From an uncultured Chloroflexus sp. (GTDB lineage: Bacteria > Chloroflexota > Chloroflexia > Chloroflexales > Chloroflexaceae), in assembly GCF_937951745.1 (NCBI RefSeq), contig NZ_CALFBQ010000057.1, forward strand, positions 11,796 to 75,795: a DNA stretch of 64,000 nucleotides, written 5' to 3'. This document shows, one piece after another, positions 34,737-45,065 of this stretch (position 1 is its first letter; each line of letters opens with the position of its first letter). The translations under genes were made by a program, and so were the position numbers. The notes under the pieces were generated by a model. It was not told the DNA's origin. It saw nothing but the letters and a program-made list of their open reading frames with translations, and did not search any database.

Positions 34737-37700
34737 CTAGGCCACCCCCTCCAACCGATCTTCCAGATCGGCATGCAACTCACGCAGCCGTTCCAACGTC
34801 TCTTCGTCGGTCTGCCAGATCCCGCGTGCGTTCGCTTCGAGCAGGCGACCTACCATATTGCGCGCCGCCGCCGGATTGAGCTGCTCGATCCGGGTCCGCA
34901 TGGCGTCGTCAAGCACGAAGGTCTTGGCAGCTTCGTCGTAAACCCACTTATCAACCGCATCGGTCGTGGCGCTCCAGCCGAGCATGTAGGTGAAGCGGCT
35001 GGCAATCTCGGCGGCGCCGTTGTGGCCGTGACGCAGCATGCCTTCGTACCACTTCGGGTTGAGGAACTTGGTACGGTATTCGACCCGCAGCGTCTGCTCA
35101 AGCGTTTGCAGTTTCGTCTCAGCCGTGAAGCTCTCGACAAAATTGAGCGGGACCCGCTGGCCGGTGGCCCGTTCGGCGGCAGCCTTCAGCGCACCTGAAT
35201 AACCGTAGTAGTGCTGCATATCGGTCAAGCCGTACTCAACGCTATCGATCTCTTGCGCTACCCGGCTGACCGTACCGAGCAACGAGCGCAATACCTCTGG
35301 CTGCGCTTCACCATTCTGCCGCCCGCCAAAGGCGTAGGCATTGCGCTTGATGAACAGCTCCTCCAGCTCTTCCCGCTTCTCCCACGCACTGCCTTCAATC
35401 GCCTCATCGACATCGGTGCCGTAAGTGCCGGCAGCTTGGGTGAAAATACGCGCCGTCGCCTGATCGAAGCTCTTGCCGGTAGCCATTAGCTCTTGCACAT
35501 GCTTGCGGATGAAGTTCATCTCCACCGGCTCATCGGCCTCAGCCGCTTCCCGCACCAACCGGTCGAGCATATCCATCGTGCCGGCGAAGATGTCGCGGAA
35601 GATACCGGAGGCAGTCATAAGCACGTCGATCCGGGGCCGGCCCAGCTCAGCCAGCGGGATGAGCGCGTAGCGCCCGACTTTGCCTTGCCCATCCTTCACC
35701 GGGCGCGCGCCGATTAGGCCGAGCACGATACCGATTGACTCGCCCTTCGTCTTAATCGCATCGAGACCCCACAACACCTGCGCAATTGTCTCTGGGTATT
35801 GGCCGGTTTCGGCGCGATGAGAAGCAATCAACGCCTCGGCGATGCGCGCGCCGCGCTCGTAGGCGCTATCGGTCGGCACCCGGAAGGGGTCGAGACTGTG
35901 GATGTTGCGCCCGGTAGGCAGCACCGTCACCCCATCGCGGATAATGTCGCCACCGGGGGCTGCCGGAATGTAGTGACCGCCTAACCCGCGCATGAGGTAG
36001 TCAAGTTCTTGGGTATTATCGCGCAATGCCGCCAGCAACGCTCGCCCATGCTGGATCAGCCCCAGCACTTCGTTGCCGGTAGGCAAGCCAAACTGGTGCG
36101 CAGCCTGATCGGGCGACAGATGACCAAAGACCGTCTGCTGGACGAATTCGGTGCAGCGGGACTCAATCTCGTTGCGCAGGGCCAACGCTTCAGCATCACC
36201 CTGCCGCGCCCGCGCCAGTACGTCGCCGTAGCGCATTGTAACGCGCCGTGCCGCGAGGAACAGATCAGCCAAACCGGGCAACTCGCCGCGCGGCACCTTG
36301 AGCGTCTCGACGATCAGGGTCAGTTGCTCTTCGGGCGGCGGGGCACTGCCCAACACGTGCAAGCGATCGGTAATCATCGTCGCCGCTAAATCGCGCAGAT
36401 AGGCGTAGGCCCGCGAAGCGAAGCGGCTAAACGGCTCGTTGGGCTGGCGCACCAGATCGCTATCAAGGTTGAGCAACGCGATCTTCTGCATGATCGCAAC
36501 CGCCTCTGGGCTTTGGTCATCGTCAGCGACTGCTGCCGGTCGCTCGCGGTATTCAGCCAATAAGTCTTGTAACGCTTGCAATTCACGGTAGAGACCGGCC
36601 CGGCCATACGGCGGAATAGCGTGGCCAATGATGGTGCTATAGCCGCGCCGCTTAGCGATATTGGCCTCGGCAGGGTTGTTGATCGGGTAAACATAAAAAT
36701 TCGGCACATCGCCGAGCAAAATATCAGGCCAGCAGCGATCGGTCAGGCCAAGTTGCAAGCCGGGCATCCACTCGGCGGTGCCGTGCATGCCGAGATGAAT
36801 GATCGCATCGGCACCAAAGCTCTCACTGAGGTAGCGGTAGAAGAGGGCGTACTGGTGGTGCGGCGTATTTTCCTTATCGAACAGCAGTCGCATCGGGTCG
36901 CCGGGCATACCGATCACCGGTTGCACGCCGATAAAGATATTGCCGATCTGGGTACCGGCCAAGCGCACTTTATCGCGCCCCAGCGGGGCAATATCACCGG
37001 GGAACGCACCCCAGCGAGCATTAATCCGCTCTTGATCGCTGGGCCGCAGCCAGCGGTAGAAATCTTTCAGATCGGCACTCACCCCCATCACCACCGGCGG
37101 ATGACCGGGCGGCAGCGGCTGATCGCTCACCAAACCTTCAAGGCAGCGCGCGAAGGTATCGGGATCGCGCGGATAGCGACCCACCTGATAGCCCTCAGCA
37201 GTCAACCGATCGAGGATCGCGATCAGGCTGGCCGGCACGTCGAGCAAGGCCGCCGTCGCCACCTTGCCTTGACCGGGCGGATAATTGTACACAATAATCG
37301 CCACCTTCTTATCGCGGTTCGCCTTCTTGCGCAAACGGACAAACCCGCACGCAATGCGGGCCAGCCGCTCGATCCGGTCTTGCACCGTTGTGATCGTGCT
37401 GCCACGCATCCCACCCAACACCACCGGTGCGATCGCGCCATCCATTTCAGGCAGGCTATAGAGGAAGGTGCTTTGCAGCGGGCCAACGCCACGCTCGCGC
37501 CAATCGTCTTCGTCTTGCACAAACAGCGGTTGGGCGACGATATACGGCACATCGAGCTTGCTGAGCAACTCGCGGGCGACATCAACGGTCAAGCCGGCCT
37601 TCGTCGAACCGGCTGGGCCGCCGACCAGTGGAAAGCCCATCGTGTTGATCACCAGATCGACCTTCATGTGGCTGAGCCACTCACGCACCACGATATGGCT

Positions 37701-38546
37701 CTCGATCCCCATCACAAAGATCGGCAGCACCCGCAAGCCAGCGGCTTCGAGCGTCTGGACGATCTTATTGGGGTAATCAGCGCCAGAAAGGATATGGGCG
37801 CGGAACGACAGCACCGCCACTGTACCGAGCGGAGCCGGCACACCTTTGCGCGCGCGGTTGCGCTCCTTTTCCCACCGCTCGTACTCGTGGGGATTGGCGA
37901 ACAACTTTGGCGCATCGGGGTGAGCAAACCCCATATTCGGCAGCTCGACCACCGGGTCAACCCGCAGATGGCTCATCCCGCTATACTCGCGCAAGATGAG
38001 CTTAAACATATTAGCTGCATTAGCAATACTGCGATGATTCCAATAATTATTGACATTCGTCCAGTTGCGAAAATCGTTAAGCCGCTTGCCGGGCAAGAAA
38101 TTGATCAGTTTTGAGGTAATTTTTTGCAATTTGACGTAGCCGTAGAGCGCGTCTTCCTCGCGCCCGCCGACTAACAGCCGCGCCACATTCTGCACCGGTT
38201 TGGGCATGCCCTTGCCACCCTTAAGATTATACGAACCAACCTTATTCAGCCGCATCACCTCGGGGAGGCCTTCAAACGAAAAGACCACCGGCGGATCGTG
38301 GCGCTCGACCATCGGGATCAATACCTCGGCTGTCTCGTTTAACGTAATTAGGGAAAGGATGAGACACTGACAGCGGGCAATCGCCGCCTCAACCTCAGCC
38401 GGGCGCACGGTGACATCGCGATCTTCAAATATATGCAAGCGGAAATCGGGTATCTCTTTGCGCACCTCAGCCTCGGCGCGACGAAAGAAATCCTGACTGT
38501 ACCGCTGCATCCCCAGCACCATCACAAATTCTGTCGGCTGGCTCAT
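34737..38546 (-). CDS. bchH: magnesium chelatase H subunit (BchH/ChlH-type CobN-family protein), paralog 1
   Basis: 1269 aa. CobN/Mg-chelatase family throughout. The C-terminus LNPKWYEGMLRHGHNGAAEI...WQTDEETLERLRELHADLEDRLEGV resembles BchH/ChlH rather than CobN. Confidence 0.85.
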   Translation of the reverse strand: MSQPTEFVMVLGMQRYSQDFFRRAEAEVRKEIPDFRLHIFEDRDVTVRPAEVEAAIARCQCLILSLITLNETAEVLIPMVERHDPPVVFSFEGLPEVMRLNKVGSYNLKGGKGMPKPVQNVARLLVGGREEDALYGYVKLQKITSKLINFLPGKRLNDFRNWTNVNNYWNHRSIANAANMFKLILREYSGMSHLRVDPVVELPNMGFAHPDAPKLFANPHEYERWEKERNRARKGVPAPLGTVAVLSFRAHILSGADYPNKIVQTLEAAGLRVLPIFVMGIESHIVVREWLSHMKVDLVINTMGFPLVGGPAGSTKAGLTVDVARELLSKLDVPYIVAQPLFVQDEDDWRERGVGPLQSTFLYSLPEMDGAIAPVVLGGMRGSTITTVQDRIERLARIACGFVRLRKKANRDKKVAIIVYNYPPGQGKVATAALLDVPASLIAILDRLTAEGYQVGRYPRDPDTFARCLEGLVSDQPLPPGHPPVVMGVSADLKDFYRWLRPSDQERINARWGAFPGDIAPLGRDKVRLAGTQIGNIFIGVQPVIGMPGDPMRLLFDKENTPHHQYALFYRYLSESFGADAIIHLGMHGTAEWMPGLQLGLTDRCWPDILLGDVPNFYVYPINNPAEANIAKRRGYSTIIGHAIPPYGRAGLYRELQALQDLLAEYRERPAAVADDDQSPEAVAIMQKIALLNLDSDLVRQPNEPFSRFASRAYAYLRDLAATMITDRLHVLGSAPPPEEQLTLIVETLKVPRGELPGLADLFLAARRVTMRYGDVLARARQGDAEALALRNEIESRCTEFVQQTVFGHLSPDQAAHQFGLPTGNEVLGLIQHGRALLAALRDNTQELDYLMRGLGGHYIPAAPGGDIIRDGVTVLPTGRNIHSLDPFRVPTDSAYERGARIAEALIASHRAETGQYPETIAQVLWGLDAIKTKGESIGIVLGLIGARPVKDGQGKVGRYALIPLAELGRPRIDVLMTASGIFRDIFAGTMDMLDRLVREAAEADEPVEMNFIRKHVQELMATGKSFDQATARIFTQAAGTYGTDVDEAIEGSAWEKREELEELFIKRNAYAFGGRQNGEAQPEVLRSLLGTVSRVAQEIDSVEYGLTDMQHYYGYSGALKAAAERATGQRVPLNFVESFTAETKLQTLEQTLRVEYRTKFLNPKWYEGMLRHGHNGAAEIASRFTYMLGWSATTDAVDKWVYDEAAKTFVLDDAMRTRIEQLNPAAARNMVGRLLEANARGIWQTDEETLERLRELHADLEDRLEGVA

Positions 38547-38625
38547 AGCACCATTGCTCCTGTCGTCAGCGATAATAACCTGAGTATATTATGCAAGATC
38601 ATAGCCTCAAATACAATCTGAACAT

Positions 38626-38661
38626 GAAACGAACAAAACCTGTGCAATTATGCACAGGTTT
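38626..38661 (-). terminator. Rho-independent (potentially bidirectional) terminator
   Basis: aaacctgtgca-atta-tgcacaggttt, followed on the minus strand by tgttcgtttc. It lies 27 nt after the stop of the 38688-39062 gene. Confidence 0.6.
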
Positions 38662-38687
38662 TGCAGTAGTAATGAACAGAAAAACTA

Positions 38688-39062
38688 TCAATCTCCATAT
38701 TCCATCACCGTACCAAGATACCGTAATGCCTCTTGTTCGGTGCCAAACAAACCAACCCCACTAACAAATCGCACCAACGGCGCAAACAACAGTAAATGAT
38801 GTTCAGAAACAATAAAGGCAATCCGGCCTAAATGCTTATGGCGCGCGATTGCTTCGGTACGCTGGCGCGCTCCCCAATCAGCGCTAGAGATTCGTCGCCC
38901 ATCCACCAGCAGATCCGTCGGCTTCGGGCACTGGTCAAGTAAGCGCCACATTTCTTGATAGTACCGTTCCGCTTCGGCCAAGTGTAGATGATCCTCCAGC
39001 ACCACCCAGATCAGATCATGGGCCCGGCGACGAATGCGGTAGGGCATAGTGTACTCCCTCAC
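38688..39062 (-). CDS. hypothetical protein (SpoIIAA/STAS-like fold suspected)
   Basis: 124 aa with its own promoter and terminator. The pattern DLLVDGRRIS...LGRIAFIV resembles DUF3478/STAS_2-type proteins, but the assignment is weak. An alternative start is the ATG at 39047. Confidence 0.45.
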   Translation of the reverse strand: MREYTMPYRIRRRAHDLIWVVLEDHLHLAEAERYYQEMWRLLDQCPKPTDLLVDGRRISSADWGARQRTEAIARHKHLGRIAFIVSEHHLLLFAPLVRFVSGVGLFGTEQEALRYLGTVMEYGD

Positions 39063-39083
39063 AAATTACGCGGCGTTTTGCAC

Positions 39084-39112
39084 ATTATACATACTTTTGC
39101 TGTATATGTCTA
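39084..39112 (-). promoter_or_regulatory. sigma-70-like promoter (TAGACA-17-TATAAT) for the 38688-39062 gene
   Basis: Minus strand tagaca (39112-39107), 17-nt spacer, tataat (39089-39084). Confidence 0.5.
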
Positions 39113-39166
39113 GCGAAAAAGGTGGCACGTTTCTGGTGCGAACATTGTGCAATGGAGCATGGACGG

Positions 39167-39195
39167 TTGACGAGCATCCCCGGCGCTGCTATAAT
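39167..39195 (+). promoter_or_regulatory. sigma-70-like promoter (TTGACG-17-TATAAT) for the 39253 membrane-protein gene
   Basis: ttgacg at 39167-39172, 17-nt spacer, tataat at 39190-39195. Confidence 0.55.
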
Positions 39196-39252
39196 CGCCG
39201 CCACAATCTAGCAGTACCGACGCTCGGCGACCGTGGAGAGAGGCTTGTCATT

Positions 39253-39711
39253 ATGGGGTTCTTCGACTACTTCGTGGCTGTTAGTCCTACATTTGGCTCG
39301 TATGCGTGGACGTTCTTTATTGTGCAGATTCTGCTGGTCGCGGGCGGCGCCTACTTCATCTGGCTGCACACTGAGCGGAATGTGGCCAAAGCGACCTTTT
39401 TCCGCCAGTTGGGGATTGCGCTGATGATTGTGGGTGGCTTTGGTGTGGCGCTTGGTGTGGCCCGAATGCTCAATACGCCAACCTTTAACCTGCGTTTCTG
39501 GTTTTACATTCAGTTTGTCATTGAGCTGATCTTGGGCGGTTATGTCTTTTACTACATGCGTAATGTGCTGCCCGAGTTGGTGCGTAATTCGCGTACCCGT
39601 GCGCCTACCCCTCGTCAAGTACCGGCTGATGCGACACCCGCAACACCACGACCAGTGGCTACCACCGGTCGCCGCGAAGCCCGCCGCGAACGCAAACGCA
39701 AACAACGGTAA
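39253..39711 (+). CDS. small membrane protein with basic Pro/Arg-rich tail
   Basis: I chose the ATG at 39253, downstream of the promoter. Four hydrophobic helices. The listed ORF start at 39049 overlaps the divergent gene. Confidence 0.5.
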   Translation: MGFFDYFVAVSPTFGSYAWTFFIVQILLVAGGAYFIWLHTERNVAKATFFRQLGIALMIVGGFGVALGVARMLNTPTFNLRFWFYIQFVIELILGGYVFYYMRNVLPELVRNSRTRAPTPRQVPADATPATPRPVATTGRREARRERKRKQR

Positions 39712-39762
39712 GGGCGAGGCCTGCCTCGTTCCCATGGGCGCGGCAAGGCCGCGCCCTCTTCC

Positions 39763-40359
39763 TCACCATACCGCTGGCGTCCGCAACGCCACCCGCAACA
39801 ACCGGTGATATTCACCGCGCGAGATCTCGATCGTGCCGAACTGCAACATGTGCGGCCCCACCACAAACTGCGAGTCGAGCAGCACAAACCCGCCCCGCCG
39901 CAATCGTTCGACCAGATGCACCAACGCCACTTTGCTGGCGTCGCGCACACGGTGAAACATGCTTTCGCCGGCAAACAGACCGCCTATCGCTACCCCGTAC
40001 AGGCCGCCGGCCAGTTGGCCGTCACGCCAACACTCGACGCTGTGGGCATAGCCCAACCGGTGCAACTCACTATAAGCCCGGATGATCTCCGGCGAAATCC
40101 ACGTTGTCTCCCGGCCCGGTGCCGGCTCGGCGCAAGCGGTGATCACTGCCTCGAAAGCAGTATCAAACGTTACCTCAAACACCCCCGATCGCACGGTGCG
40201 CGCCAACCGGCGCGGGACGTGAAAGCGTTCATCAAGCGGAATGATCGCCCGCCGCACCGGTTCGTACCAGCCGATCTCGCCGTTCTCGTCGGCCATCGGG
40301 AAGATCCCTTGCCGGTAGGCGGCAAGCAGGAGTTCGGGGGTCAAGCGTGATGTTGCCAT
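39763..40359 (-). CDS. aat: leucyl/phenylalanyl-tRNA--protein transferase
   Basis: LLAAYRQGIFPM, TWISPEIIRAYSELHRLGYAHSVECW, GGLYGVAIGGLFAGESMF. Confidence 0.9.
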   Translation of the reverse strand: MATSRLTPELLLAAYRQGIFPMADENGEIGWYEPVRRAIIPLDERFHVPRRLARTVRSGVFEVTFDTAFEAVITACAEPAPGRETTWISPEIIRAYSELHRLGYAHSVECWRDGQLAGGLYGVAIGGLFAGESMFHRVRDASKVALVHLVERLRRGGFVLLDSQFVVGPHMLQFGTIEISRGEYHRLLRVALRTPAVW

Positions 40360-40410
40360 CGTCAGCGCCGTTCGCGGATTGTTGTCTGACTCTCGTGTCG
40401 CTTGTCTTGC

Positions 40411-41142
40411 TTACGCCACCCGGTTTAACCGGTTTAACCCCGACGTGATAATCGCTACACACCACCCCAACAGCAGCAGCGTCAGCACCAATCCTACTCG
40501 TGTCGGCCACTCGCCGTCGGGCAACAGCCGGCTGATTAACAACGGCGCACCGGCCACCCCGTAGACCAACCCGCCAAAGAAGAGTGGCATCGGCAAGATA
40601 GCCGCCGCCATGCTCGGCCACGAGTAATTCTGTACCGTAATAAAGACGTAGCAGAGGCCATACGTGATCGTGGCGCTCATCAGCGCTGCCAGCAACTCGG
40701 CACTGATGCCGAAGGATAATGAACCGAGCAGCGCCGGCGGCGCCGGATCGCGCAAGCCTAGCACGCTCGCCAACAACTGCATGCTGATGAAGATGGCGTA
40801 GGTGAAGAGACCGCTCAACAGGCCGGGATTCCACCAGCGATAGAGGTAGAGCGCCGCAATAATCATCGCCGGCAAAGTGTCGGGCCATGCTGCGCGAAAT
40901 GAAGCCGTGACATTGAAAGGTGTCGTCAGCGCCGTTACCAGCGAGGTCAGCGACGGCACCGTTTGAATGCTGTACAACAGCCGCCAAAACGGCTCGAGCA
41001 GGGTGCTCAGTTGACCTGCTGCCAATGCAAAGACGTAAAGCGGATTACGCTGCTGCCACCACAACCAGCATGCAGCGCCGTACAGCAGAAAGGTAATAAC
41101 AACCGCCAGCAGAGTTCTCGCTCCTTGCGCGCTACCGTGCAA
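40411..41142 (-). CDS. polytopic membrane protein, unknown function
   Basis: 243 aa with about 7 hydrophobic segments. Starts 12 nt after the DUF1444 gene stop. Confidence 0.5.
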   Translation of the reverse strand: MHGSAQGARTLLAVVITFLLYGAACWLWWQQRNPLYVFALAAGQLSTLLEPFWRLLYSIQTVPSLTSLVTALTTPFNVTASFRAAWPDTLPAMIIAALYLYRWWNPGLLSGLFTYAIFISMQLLASVLGLRDPAPPALLGSLSFGISAELLAALMSATITYGLCYVFITVQNYSWPSMAAAILPMPLFFGGLVYGVAGAPLLISRLLPDGEWPTRVGLVLTLLLLGWCVAIITSGLNRLNRVA

Positions 41143-41154
41143 TGGCGCGCGCTG

Positions 41155-41964
41155 CTATTCCCAGATGTACTCTCGAATCTGACCGTCTTCGATAGTGAAG
41201 AGCTGATCGGTCAGGCTGTATTCGCGTTGGGCGGCATCAAGCTGGATCTGATGTGCGACGCTGGTCAAGATGTCTTGGTCGGCATCGCTAAAGGCAATCA
41301 GAAAATCGCGATTAGGAATACCAATGACCATCTTGCCCGGAAAATGGGGCTGCCAGCTCGCCAGCAGATCGGGCAAGAGCAGCCGGGTCGCATCGTAGCC
41401 GTCTTGGGTGTTGGCGACGATGAGCCGCTGCGCCCCTTCGCCGGTCATCAAAAAGTGCGCTCGCTCGTGAGTGCGGGCGGCTAAATTGGCTAACGCCCGC
41501 TCGTGCAACTGGTGCTCACCAATCCCCCACCGCTCCAAATGGCGCTCGTTGATGTAGGCTACCCTCTGCGGTTCATCAATCACATACGCAATGATCAGAT
41601 CGGCCAGAAAGGGCCGGTAGGCTAGCATCGGCAACTTCTTTTCAAACACCGCGTTCAGCAGCGTAATCGGTTTGAGCATCGGCATCACTCGATCTGCCAC
41701 CTCGGTGAAGGTGCGTGCCTCGCGTGCCGGCGTCTGTTCGTGCAGCACTCGCAAGAGGGTGCTGTACACCAGATCAAGATGCTCAGGCGCCTGCGTGTAG
41801 GCATTGTAGAAGTTGGTCAAATCAACCCGCATCCGTTGATTGGCGACGCACACCTGCAAAATATCGCCTTCGCGTCCAAGGAAATCGACAGTTGGCTCAG
41901 CCACCAACCGGCGCTCGATGTCAGCCGCAAATGCGGCCCGATCGAGCGGACTCTGCCCGTTCAT
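41155..41964 (-). CDS. DUF1444 (UPF0354, YtpQ-like) family protein
   Basis: NTQDGYDATRLLLPDL...GKMVIGIPNRDFLIAFSD...FTIEDGQI aligns with the B. subtilis YtpQ C-terminal half as I recall it. 4-nt overlap with the purL stop. Confidence 0.7.
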   Translation of the reverse strand: MNGQSPLDRAAFAADIERRLVAEPTVDFLGREGDILQVCVANQRMRVDLTNFYNAYTQAPEHLDLVYSTLLRVLHEQTPAREARTFTEVADRVMPMLKPITLLNAVFEKKLPMLAYRPFLADLIIAYVIDEPQRVAYINERHLERWGIGEHQLHERALANLAARTHERAHFLMTGEGAQRLIVANTQDGYDATRLLLPDLLASWQPHFPGKMVIGIPNRDFLIAFSDADQDILTSVAHQIQLDAAQREYSLTDQLFTIEDGQIREYIWE

Positions 41965-44885
41965 AGCTCCTCGTCCTTCACACTAATTGCGTCAAGACCA
42001 TGTTGCCACGTTGCGCGCAATTGGGCCACCGGCAGATTGATCAGGGTCTGATCGCGCCATACCGCCTGCACCTCCGGCGCTGCCGTCACCACACCCAACC
42101 GCACGAGCGGCAAGCCGGCCAGCATTGCCTCGAACGCTGCGCTCTGCGCTGGATCGACCGCAACCAAAAACCGGCTCGGCGTTTCGCTAAACAGCAACGT
42201 GATCGGGTCGAGGTCAACCCCATTGAGGGTCAGGTGCATCCCGAACTCACCGGCGATCGCCATCTCGGCTGCTGCCACTGCCAAGCCACCTTCGCTCAGG
42301 TCATGGCAAGCGCGCACCAAACCGGCGCGAATGGCACGATGGAGCGCGCGGAAGGTGGCACGCGCCGCCGCCAGATCGACTTTGGGCAACGCGCCGGCGT
42401 CTTCGATCATACCAACCGCCGCCAGATGGCTGCCGGCAAACTCGGCCCGCGTCGCGCCGAGCAGGTAGATCACATCACCCGCCTGCTTGAGATCCATAGT
42501 CACGCACTGGCCAATATCATGAACGTGGCTCAGGGCCGAAATCAACAGCGTGGGCGGGATCGCCACCCGATTGCCATTCGCATCGCGATACTCGTTATTC
42601 AGCGAGTCTTTGCCGCTGATGAAGGGTGTACCGAAGGCAACTGCGCCATCATAGCAGGCCGCCGCAGCCCGCACCAACCCAGCCATGCGATCGGGTTGCT
42701 TGGGGTCACCCCAGCAGAAGTTATCGAGAATAGCCGTGCGGTCAGGGTCGCCTCCAACTGCCACCACGTTGCGCAACGCCTCATCAATTGCGGCCAGCGC
42801 CATCCAATACGGATCGTGACGGCCATAGCGCGGGCAGATGCCAAAGCCGAGCGCCAAGCCAGCCGGATCGTGCGGCACCGGTTTGATCACTGCCGCATCA
42901 GATGGCCCGGCGAGACTAGCGCCGACCAGCGGCTTGATCACCGTGCCGCCCCCCACTTCGTGATCATACGTGCGGATAATTCGCTCTTTGGAAGCAATAG
43001 AGGGATGGGCCAGTAGCGCCAGCAGCGCTGCTTCCGGCTGTACATCAGCGAGCGATGGCGATCGTCTCAGCGCCGGCGACGGTTCCCAACGGGCGCTGAG
43101 GGTACGCTGGGGCCGCCCCTTGTGCAAAAAGTCCATCTCAAGATCAACGACCGCTAGATCGTGATAATAGACGCGCAACCGGCCATCATCGGTAAAGCGC
43201 CCGATCGGCGTTGCTTCGACCTCTTCGGCGGTGCAGAGCGTGAGCAGCGCTACCAGCCGATCTGGCGGCACGGCCAGCACCATGCGTTCTTGCGCTTCCG
43301 ACAGCCAAATTTCCCACGGCTGCAAACCGGCGTACTTGCACGGCACATGTTCGAGATGCACCTCAGCGCCTAGTTCAGCGCCCATCTCACCGACCGCCGA
43401 CGACAAGCCGCCGGCGCCGCAATCGGTAATCGCCGAATAGAGCTGGGCATCACGGGCCTGCAACAGCACATCGAGCATCTTCTTTTCGGTGATCGGGTCG
43501 CCGATCTGCACCGCGCTGCCCACTTCGCTGGCCGTAGTATGGGTCAACTCAATGCTGGAAAAGGTCGCGCCGTGGATGCCATCGCGCCCGGTGCGCCCGC
43601 CCATTACCACGATAATATCGCCGGGCCGCGCGTTGCGCGGGTGCATGCCGCGCGGGGCAATGCCGACCGTGCCGCAGTAGACCAGCGGATTAGCCGTATA
43701 GCCGGGATCGAACAATACTGCCCCGCCAACGGTGGGGATGCCGAGCTTATTGCCGTAATCGCGCACACCAGCGACCACACCGCTCGCGATCCGGCGCGGA
43801 TGGAGCACGCCGGGAGGCGGGAGCGGCGCATCGGGCATGCCAAAACAGAGCACATCAATATTGGCGATCGGGCGGGCCGATACGCCCAACACATCACGTA
43901 TCACGCCGCCAACGCCGGTATTCGCGCCGCCGAACGGCTCCAGCGCGCTCGGATGGTTATGGGTCTCGACCTTATACGACACTTCGTAATCGTGACCAAA
44001 AGTAAGGATGCCAGCATTATCCACAAACGCGCTCAACACCCATGCATCATCGCGCCCGGCCAACGCCTGCTCGGTTGCCCGCATCAAGAAGGTACGGATG
44101 AGGCTGTCAATGTCAGCCTTGCCGGCGGCCAGTCGGGCCAGCATAGGATGCAACGCCGCATTCGTCGGCAACTCCTCTGGCGGCTGCTCATACTGCACGC
44201 GGGCTTTAAAGGTCTTATGCGAACAATGCTCGCTCCACGTCTGGGCAATCGTCTCAAGCTCGCCATCGGTTGGATCGCGCCCCTGCACCGTAAAATAAGC
44301 TTGAATTGCCCGCATTTCAGCCAAATCGAGCGCCAGTACCCCACGCTGGCTAATCTCAAGCAATTCGGCGTCATTAGCCGCGCGCAACGGCACCGTTGCC
44401 ACCACTGGCTTGGTCGGGGCCGGATCGGCAACCAGCATCGTGTAGAACGCTGTCCGCGCCGGGCTAGGCTGGCCGGAATGGTAGGCAATCGTCGTATGCA
44501 CCACCTCGATGGACAGATCAGCAGCAGCTTGGGCCGGATCGGTGTCAGGCGGTAAGAGATAGCGGCGCAACGCGCGGGCATGCTCGATCCCGCGCACCCC
44601 CAACCGATACGCCCCTTCAAGCGCACTCTCACCCTCGCTGTCGGTCACGCCGGGCCGATAGGCCACTTCCAACACTAGCGCCTCGGTCGCTGGCAGAAAC
44701 GGATCGGTCAAAGGCCGATTCTCCTCCACCACTTGCCAATGGGCCTGCTGCACAATCGGATCGTGTAAGAGCTGATCGACCACGAGGGAAACCGCCGCCG
44801 GAACTAATTCATTGCCAGCCAGCAAATAGAGCGTCTGCGGCGAAGCGGCGGCGCGCGACGCCACTGTCACAAGATAGAGCGGCAT
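41961..44885 (-). CDS. purL: phosphoribosylformylglycinamidine synthase subunit PurL with N-terminal PurS-like extension
   Basis: VETHNHPSALEPFGGANTGVGGVIRD, plus the duplicated AIR-synthase-like domains. I chose the start at ATG 44885 (MPLYLV). Confidence 0.9.
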   Translation of the reverse strand: MPLYLVTVASRAAASPQTLYLLAGNELVPAAVSLVVDQLLHDPIVQQAHWQVVEENRPLTDPFLPATEALVLEVAYRPGVTDSEGESALEGAYRLGVRGIEHARALRRYLLPPDTDPAQAAADLSIEVVHTTIAYHSGQPSPARTAFYTMLVADPAPTKPVVATVPLRAANDAELLEISQRGVLALDLAEMRAIQAYFTVQGRDPTDGELETIAQTWSEHCSHKTFKARVQYEQPPEELPTNAALHPMLARLAAGKADIDSLIRTFLMRATEQALAGRDDAWVLSAFVDNAGILTFGHDYEVSYKVETHNHPSALEPFGGANTGVGGVIRDVLGVSARPIANIDVLCFGMPDAPLPPPGVLHPRRIASGVVAGVRDYGNKLGIPTVGGAVLFDPGYTANPLVYCGTVGIAPRGMHPRNARPGDIIVVMGGRTGRDGIHGATFSSIELTHTTASEVGSAVQIGDPITEKKMLDVLLQARDAQLYSAITDCGAGGLSSAVGEMGAELGAEVHLEHVPCKYAGLQPWEIWLSEAQERMVLAVPPDRLVALLTLCTAEEVEATPIGRFTDDGRLRVYYHDLAVVDLEMDFLHKGRPQRTLSARWEPSPALRRSPSLADVQPEAALLALLAHPSIASKERIIRTYDHEVGGGTVIKPLVGASLAGPSDAAVIKPVPHDPAGLALGFGICPRYGRHDPYWMALAAIDEALRNVVAVGGDPDRTAILDNFCWGDPKQPDRMAGLVRAAAACYDGAVAFGTPFISGKDSLNNEYRDANGNRVAIPPTLLISALSHVHDIGQCVTMDLKQAGDVIYLLGATRAEFAGSHLAAVGMIEDAGALPKVDLAAARATFRALHRAIRAGLVRACHDLSEGGLAVAAAEMAIAGEFGMHLTLNGVDLDPITLLFSETPSRFLVAVDPAQSAAFEAMLAGLPLVRLGVVTAAPEVQAVWRDQTLINLPVAQLRATWQHGLDAISVKDEEL

Positions 44886-45065
44886 AAGAACTCCGAAACG
44901 TAACGCAAAGGCGCACAAGTACGAGTCAACAGGTTGGCGTCATCTCATTATCACCGCCTAAGCAGGTTCGCACCTGCATCTCTGCGCCAGATTTTGCGCG
45001 TTCACATCGTTTATAATCTTGAGTATACCATCTTCTCTTGCCGATGTTGCAGCACGGAGCAGACT

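Noticed and set aside
36576-38114. 512-aa ORF on the plus strand
   Set aside because: It is entirely antisense to bchH paralog 1. It has an Arg/His/Gln/Ala-rich low-complexity composition typical of antisense frames in high-GC DNA, and no recognisable motif.
40232-40987. 251-aa minus-strand ORF
   Set aside because: It is an out-of-frame overlap with both aat and the 40411-41142 membrane gene, and is Ala/Arg/Gly-rich.
42000-44555. Two 338-aa plus-strand ORFs (42000-43016 and 43539-44555)
   Set aside because: Both are antisense to purL, which has unambiguous motifs on the minus strand.
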